Of a DNA stretch of 64,000 nt, positions 59,047 through 64,000 are shown one piece after another (position 1 is the stretch's first letter; each line of letters begins with the position of its first letter). Below the pieces are notes generated by a model. That model searched no databases. It saw only the letters and a program-made list of their open reading frames with translations, and was not told the DNA's origin. Origin of the DNA: an uncultured Acidobacteriota bacterium (GTDB lineage Bacteria > Acidobacteriota > Thermoanaerobaculia > Gp7-AA8). Location: assembly GCA_963822445.1 (NCBI GenBank), contig CAWGHO010000001.1, positions 480,001 through 544,000 on the forward strand. The letters run 5' to 3'. A program made the position numbers and the translations under genes.

Positions 59047-62000
59047 ATGCTCAGCCTTCTCCTACTCCTCGGTATTGCCGTGCCGGTCGGTGGTGTGTGG
59101 CCCCCGCCCGCTGAGACGGTCGCGACTGAATTCGTTCGTGTGCTCCGTTCGGGCGACATGGAGCAGCTGGCGACGATCGCCACGGGCGCAGCGGTTGCCT
59201 CCGAGGATTGGAGAGAGCTGCGCCACGCCGTAGAGAAGTTCGACTGCATCTCCATTCGCGCGCATTCCGTCGAGGTAACGAACATTACCGAGACTGAGGC
59301 CGCGCTTGTCGTGACCACCGACGCCACCGCGTTCGCACGTGGAAACAAGTCCCCCCTTCGCCTTCCGAGGCGCTGGCATGTCGTCGCCGTGCCTGCCGAC
59401 GGTGGCTGGAAACTGCAGAGCATCCTCAACGAGGAAAAAGTGATCGCCCGCCGTCTCATGGCCGTGCCGGAACTGACCGAGCAGACGTTCCTCGACGCGG
59501 TGGGAAACGGCGACCTCGAGCGCATCCTGCTCGAGTTCATCAGCCACCCGGGACTCTACGCGAACGAAGGGACCGCGAAAGCAGACCTCGCCCGAGGCAT
59601 CGCCAGGAAGCGCGGCCTCGTGATGCCCGAGCTCGTCTCCCTGCTCGAGGAATCTCTCCTTCTGCTTGAACACAGGAACAACCCGGCCGGTGCGCAAGAA
59701 GTCGGAGAGAGGATGATCGCCTTCGCGGAGCTGCATGCCCTTCCCGACGGCCTTGCCACGGCGCGGCTGACCGCTGGCGTGCTCGCCTGGCGCAACGGAC
59801 GCTTCGACGATGCGCTCGAACACTTCGCAGTCGCGTCCTCGCTGATGAACGACGTCGAGGATCCCCGGGGCCCGATGAAAGCGCTGTACATGCGCGCTCT
59901 CCTGTTGATGAACCGCGGTCGCTATCGCGAAGCTTTGGCATCCGCGGCGATCCTCGGCGATGCGGCGGAGCGATTCTCGTGGCTCGAAGGTGTGTTCCTG
60001 ACGTCCGTTCTTCGCGGTTCAACCTTCACCCTGCTGCAGGACAAGTCGACGGCCGCCCATTTCGACCGGCATGCTCTCCGGCTGGCCGAACGGATGCGTC
60101 GCGAAGAATTCATCACCATCAGTCTTTCCAACCTCGCCGAGGCCGAAGAGGCCTTGGAAAACGGCGCCGAGGCCGCGCGGCTCCGGCAGAGAATCGTCGC
60201 CCGTGCGCGCTCGGCGAAGGCGGATCAGGCGGCGCTCGCCACGATGCATTTGTCTCTGGCCACGGCGCTCGCGAAAGACAACCGTCGGGCCCAAGCCGAT
60301 GCCGAGCTCCAGACGGCGCTTCGCATCGCACGGAGCTCGCCCGAAAAGCTGCTCGAAGCGGAGATCGTGCAGGCGTTGGCGCAGCTCCGGCTCGCTGAAA
60401 GCCGCCCTGAAGAAGCGCTTAGATTCGCCGAGGAAGCCGATGCGCTCGCTCGCCAGTTCGGAGCGACCATCGGTCTCCATCGCGGCACCAGACTCTGGGC
60501 CATCCGCAGTACGCTCGGCAGCGCTCTCCGCGCGACCGGAAAAGAGCGGGAAGCGGCCGAGGCGCTGCGGTCCTCGATCGATCTGATCGAAGCGGCGCGC
60601 TCGAGTGTCGGCGCCGACGAGGTCGCGTTGTCCTCGTTCCTGCGGGACAAGGCACATCCTTACCTCGAACTGATGTCGCTGCACATCGACCAGGGACGCT
60701 CCCTCGATGCTCTCGTTGTCTCCGAACGGTTCCGCGCGCGCGCACTGGCGACCGCCGCCGCCCAGGGGAATGTCGATCCGTTCGCGTCAATGACGGAGGC
60801 GGATCGCAAACGTCATGACTCTTTGCAGGACGCGATCTCGGACCTGAATCGCAAGCTGCTGGCTGACCGAGACGCCCCCGCGAATGCCGCGATCGACGAG
60901 CAACTTGGTCAGGTGCGCGCCGAGCTACGCGCATTCCTTTCCCAAATCTACGCCGCGCGCGCGGACATCCGGCACCGCAGCCTCGAGGACCCGGCGATCG
61001 TGCTCGCGGATGGCGCGCGCGTGCTTCCGGATGCCAACGAGATCGCGCTGAGTTTCTCCGTGCACGATGATCGAACCTACGTGTTTTGCATCGAGCGTGC
61101 GGCGGACCGGCTGGAGCTGTCGGTCCGGCGAATTCCGGTCGGAAAAGCCGAGCTCGAGGAACGGATCCGCCGGTTCGTCGCGCGCATCGAGCGGCGAGAC
61201 CTCGACTATCGGCGCGACGCGCGCTCCCTTCACGACCTCCTCCTGCAGCCGTTCGCCTCGCAGGTAGCGGGCAAACGGCTGCTCTACCTCATCCCTGATG
61301 GCATGCTGTGGCGCCTGCCGTTCCAGGCCCTGCAGCGGCCTGACGGAAAATACGTGGCCGAGACGGTGGCCGTGGCCTATACGCCGTCACTGCTGTTGCT
61401 TCGAAACAAGCGTCGCCGCGATCAGGCAGAGCCGGCCAGGCCGGCACTCCTGGCCATCGCGGATCCCACACTGCCGCAATACACGGCCACCACGGCCCGC
61501 GCCACGCACCGGGATGTGGATCTCGGTCCGCTTCCGGATACGCGATCGGAGGTAGAGGCGATCCGGGACCTGTATGACGAAAAGAGCCGGGTTCTTCTCG
61601 GCCCCGCTGCCACCGAGTCGGCCGCGAAGTCGCTTGCGCCGCGGTTCGGGGTTCTCCACTTCGCAACGCACGGCATTCTCGTCGACGGAGCGCCGATGTA
61701 TTCGGCGCTGGTTCTCGCGGGCTCGGGTACGGACGACGGGCTGCTCGAAGCGCGAGAGATGATGGAGCTGCCTCTGGGCGCTGATCTCGCGATTCTTTCG
61801 GCCTGCGAATCCGCCGGTGGGGACGTCACGCCCGGCGAAGGCATCATCGGAATGTCGTGGGCGCTCATGGTTGCCGGCTGCCGCAATACCGTCGTCAGCC
61901 AGTGGAAGGTCGAATCGCGAAGCACGGCCGCACTGATGATCGCGTTTCATCGCCACGCCGCGCGCGGCGGCGACTATGCCTACGCCCTCCAGCGCGCACA

Positions 62001-62079
62001 ACGGGAGCTGATGAAGCAGGACGAATTCAGCCACCCGTACTACTGGTCGGCGTTCGTTCTCGTAGCGACTTCGCAATGA
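59047..62079 (+). CDS. TPR-CHAT (caspase-like) protease with signal peptide
   Basis: LHFATHG and LSACES dyad, IPDGMLWRLPF, SQWKVES and HPYYWSAF. Confidence 0.93.
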   Translation: MLSLLLLLGIAVPVGGVWPPPAETVATEFVRVLRSGDMEQLATIATGAAVASEDWRELRHAVEKFDCISIRAHSVEVTNITETEAALVVTTDATAFARGNKSPLRLPRRWHVVAVPADGGWKLQSILNEEKVIARRLMAVPELTEQTFLDAVGNGDLERILLEFISHPGLYANEGTAKADLARGIARKRGLVMPELVSLLEESLLLLEHRNNPAGAQEVGERMIAFAELHALPDGLATARLTAGVLAWRNGRFDDALEHFAVASSLMNDVEDPRGPMKALYMRALLLMNRGRYREALASAAILGDAAERFSWLEGVFLTSVLRGSTFTLLQDKSTAAHFDRHALRLAERMRREEFITISLSNLAEAEEALENGAEAARLRQRIVARARSAKADQAALATMHLSLATALAKDNRRAQADAELQTALRIARSSPEKLLEAEIVQALAQLRLAESRPEEALRFAEEADALARQFGATIGLHRGTRLWAIRSTLGSALRATGKEREAAEALRSSIDLIEAARSSVGADEVALSSFLRDKAHPYLELMSLHIDQGRSLDALVVSERFRARALATAAAQGNVDPFASMTEADRKRHDSLQDAISDLNRKLLADRDAPANAAIDEQLGQVRAELRAFLSQIYAARADIRHRSLEDPAIVLADGARVLPDANEIALSFSVHDDRTYVFCIERAADRLELSVRRIPVGKAELEERIRRFVARIERRDLDYRRDARSLHDLLLQPFASQVAGKRLLYLIPDGMLWRLPFQALQRPDGKYVAETVAVAYTPSLLLLRNKRRRDQAEPARPALLAIADPTLPQYTATTARATHRDVDLGPLPDTRSEVEAIRDLYDEKSRVLLGPAATESAAKSLAPRFGVLHFATHGILVDGAPMYSALVLAGSGTDDGLLEAREMMELPLGADLAILSACESAGGDVTPGEGIIGMSWALMVAGCRNTVVSQWKVESRSTAALMIAFHRHAARGGDYAYALQRAQRELMKQDEFSHPYYWSAFVLVATSQ

Positions 62080-63169
62080 GCGCGGCGTTTGCCGCGACGC
62101 GCTGCGCACGAGCCGATCGGGGATAGTCCGCGGCGTGACGCGCCAGCGATCGCGCGCCTTCCTCAATGAGTCCTTCGCGCATGCAGATCAATCCCGCTTC
62201 GAGCGGCGAGTCCGAGCGGCGTGCGGCCAGGAGCTCTTCGTGCGCGTCGCTGCCGAGGACGTGAAAGAGCACCGGCGGATCGGGAGGCGCCGGAACCGTC
62301 GTGCTTCGACCGTCCGGCGACACGACGCGCAACTGCCAGCGGTAAGTCGCTCCACGCTTCAGCGGACGGTCCACGGGCCACGACGTACCCTTCGACGGAG
62401 GACTCTCGGCGACGAGCGCATACGTGCGATCAAAAACCTGCACTCTCATCTCCACCCCGTCAGCGCGCCTGTTCCACCGAAACGTGGGCCGATCCGATTC
62501 AATGACCATCCCAGCCGGGTCCATCAACTGCACCTCGGATTCCACCGTCGCACCGACGGAACGTTGAGATTCGTTGGGCGGGTGCAGCGACGAGACAAGG
62601 GCGACCGCCGGAAACGTTCCGGCCTCGATCGCCGCCGCGACACCGCGCAGCGGAGGCGCCAGCGAATCCATCGGATCGGCGGCCGGAAGAGTGGGGGTCT
62701 TTTCCGCCGTCTGCGTCGGGGGCATGACATCACGGTGCGCGATGGGCTGCCGCGACTCGGCGGGAACGTACCTGTCGTACACCCAGAAAGACATCGCAGC
62801 GATGAGCACCGCCGCCGCAGCAGCCGCCCACCAACGCCATGGTCGATGCGCGAACGTGCGGGCGTACGCTTCGAGATCCTCCATCTCCCGAGCGCACGAG
62901 GAACACGCTTCTGCGTGTCCGATGATGTCCGTACGTTCCTCCGGCGAGAGCTCGCCGTTCACGTAGCGCTCAATCGTTTCGTACGGAATGTGTTCGCCGC
63001 GCGTGGCGTCGAGCGTCCGTTGCCACGCGACCGTGTTCGTCACGCCGGAAGCAACCACGCGGCGGCACTCGTCACAAGCGGCGAGATGATCGTCGACCGC
63101 GAGCAACTTCTTCGAATCGAGCTTCCGCCGTTTGTAGGCCTCGAGGTCCGCCGCGACGGGATGGATCAT
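62027..63169 (-). CDS. Anti-sigma-like protein: two zf-HC2 motifs, a TM helix and an extracytoplasmic domain
   Basis: HLAACDEC and HAEACSSC; WWAAAAAAVLIAAM TM; ATGA-coupled to the sigma gene. Confidence 0.85.
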   Translation of the reverse strand: MIHPVAADLEAYKRRKLDSKKLLAVDDHLAACDECRRVVASGVTNTVAWQRTLDATRGEHIPYETIERYVNGELSPEERTDIIGHAEACSSCAREMEDLEAYARTFAHRPWRWWAAAAAAVLIAAMSFWVYDRYVPAESRQPIAHRDVMPPTQTAEKTPTLPAADPMDSLAPPLRGVAAAIEAGTFPAVALVSSLHPPNESQRSVGATVESEVQLMDPAGMVIESDRPTFRWNRRADGVEMRVQVFDRTYALVAESPPSKGTSWPVDRPLKRGATYRWQLRVVSPDGRSTTVPAPPDPPVLFHVLGSDAHEELLAARRSDSPLEAGLICMREGLIEEGARSLARHAADYPRSARAQRVAANAALIAKSLRERTPTSSTGG

Positions 63170-64000
63170 GAAGGATTCCTCCGCTTGGTTCGAACCGGAT
63201 TGAGACGGCGCGCGAGACGGTCGCGCGCGGAGCGCCGGAGATTGATCACCTGCTGCCGCGTGATGTGGAGAATGACCGCGATCCGCGTGTCCTCGAGCGG
63301 CAGTTCGTTCCAGAGGTCGCCGAATGCCTCGGGGTCGAGCGCAAGGGTGTCCGCCACCTGGCGGATCGTGGCCACGCCGGTGATGGGAAGGAACTGCGTG
63401 ACCGACTCGCCCGCGGCGTCGCGTGCACTGAGCAGAAGTGCGATGCGCTGGTTGAGCGGCAGCTCGCAGATCTCCCGCCAGAGCTCCCGCAACAACTGGA
63501 GGTTCTCGAGCTCCTGTCCGGGTGCGCCGGCCCTCGGCGTCGATTCGTCGCGCAGGTCCTCGCTCCCGAAAGCCGAGGCTGGCGCAAGCCGCGCCATCAC
63601 ATCGTCGAAGGCGATCGGACCACCGGTCTGCTGAAAAAGATCGATCAGGTTCAGGCGGACGTCAGCTCCCGGCGCAATGCTCACTTCGTCGATGCGGACC
63701 TGGGCCGGAGGAGTACGCCCCTCCTCTCCGGCAAAGCCGCAGTACGCTGTGCCGGCGACTTCCCAGAGCGCGAACCGCGCGTCGTTCCGGAGCGCATACC
63801 GCACGCGATTTCGCAACTTCGTCCACGCCGGAAATGCCCGGCGCATGAAGTCATCGAACGTGTTGAAGGCGACGACCGAGACGTAGTCCGCGAAATTCTG
63901 GAGCGGCTCGGGCGCGAGCCGTTGAAGGCGATGCACCAGTTTGAGCAGAATCTCGGCGCGTACGTCGTCCCGCTGGTCCGCGGCGAGGCTCGAGCGGCGG
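63166..64000 (-). CDS. ECF-type sigma factor-like protein (5' end outside the window)
   Basis: Region-2-like YVSVVAFNTFDDFMRR; region-4-like ELPLNQRIALLL and IAVILHITRQQVINLRRSAR. Confidence 0.8.
   Translation of the reverse strand, partial: RRSSLAADQRDDVRAEILLKLVHRLQRLAPEPLQNFADYVSVVAFNTFDDFMRRAFPAWTKLRNRVRYALRNDARFALWEVAGTAYCGFAGEEGRTPPAQVRIDEVSIAPGADVRLNLIDLFQQTGGPIAFDDVMARLAPASAFGSEDLRDESTPRAGAPGQELENLQLLRELWREICELPLNQRIALLLSARDAAGESVTQFLPITGVATIRQVADTLALDPEAFGDLWNELPLEDTRIAVILHITRQQVINLRRSARDRLARRLNPVRTKRRNPS

Overview
GC-rich bacterial chromosome segment; the gene content (HYR, CHAT/TPR, zf-HC2, RHS, PDZ-GAF kinase) suggests Acidobacteriota, which is inference only. (1) 1-15.4 kb is host DNA: GspE/PilB ATPase (partial), RlmI-type methyltransferase, USP, membrane Ser/Thr kinase, GNAT, tRNA-Val, HYR protein, receiver proteins, AI-2E transporter, NhaR-like LysR/HtpX/TerC, rmlC and tRNA-Asp. 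(2) 15,430-45,642 is a ~30.2 kb element integrated in tRNA-Asp(GTC), bounded by a 51-bp direct repeat with arm-type motifs at both ends. Its backbone has an atypical frameshifted tyrosine recombinase, two XRE regulators, two SymE-like domains and an M4 protease/FKAGxDL-motif/amidase module that shares a paired operator with the integrase promoter. Its cargo is dense in defence-like genes: GHKL ATPase + CD-NTase + S-4TM (CBASS), PRTase + SLOG, DUF4209 HEPN + nuclease-STAND, further HEPN and SEC-C proteins. It also carries a non-coding array of eight covarying hairpins in three cassettes, and attC-like palindromes. No capsid, terminase, conjugation or replication genes were recognised. (3) 45.7-64 kb is host DNA: dioxygenase/YceI/MarR, OmpA, metG, RHS toxin + lipoprotein immunity, CHAT protease, zf-HC2 anti-sigma and ECF sigma (partial). 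Several 1-2 nt frameshifts may be sequencing errors. All family calls are by eye from motifs; no database search was run.
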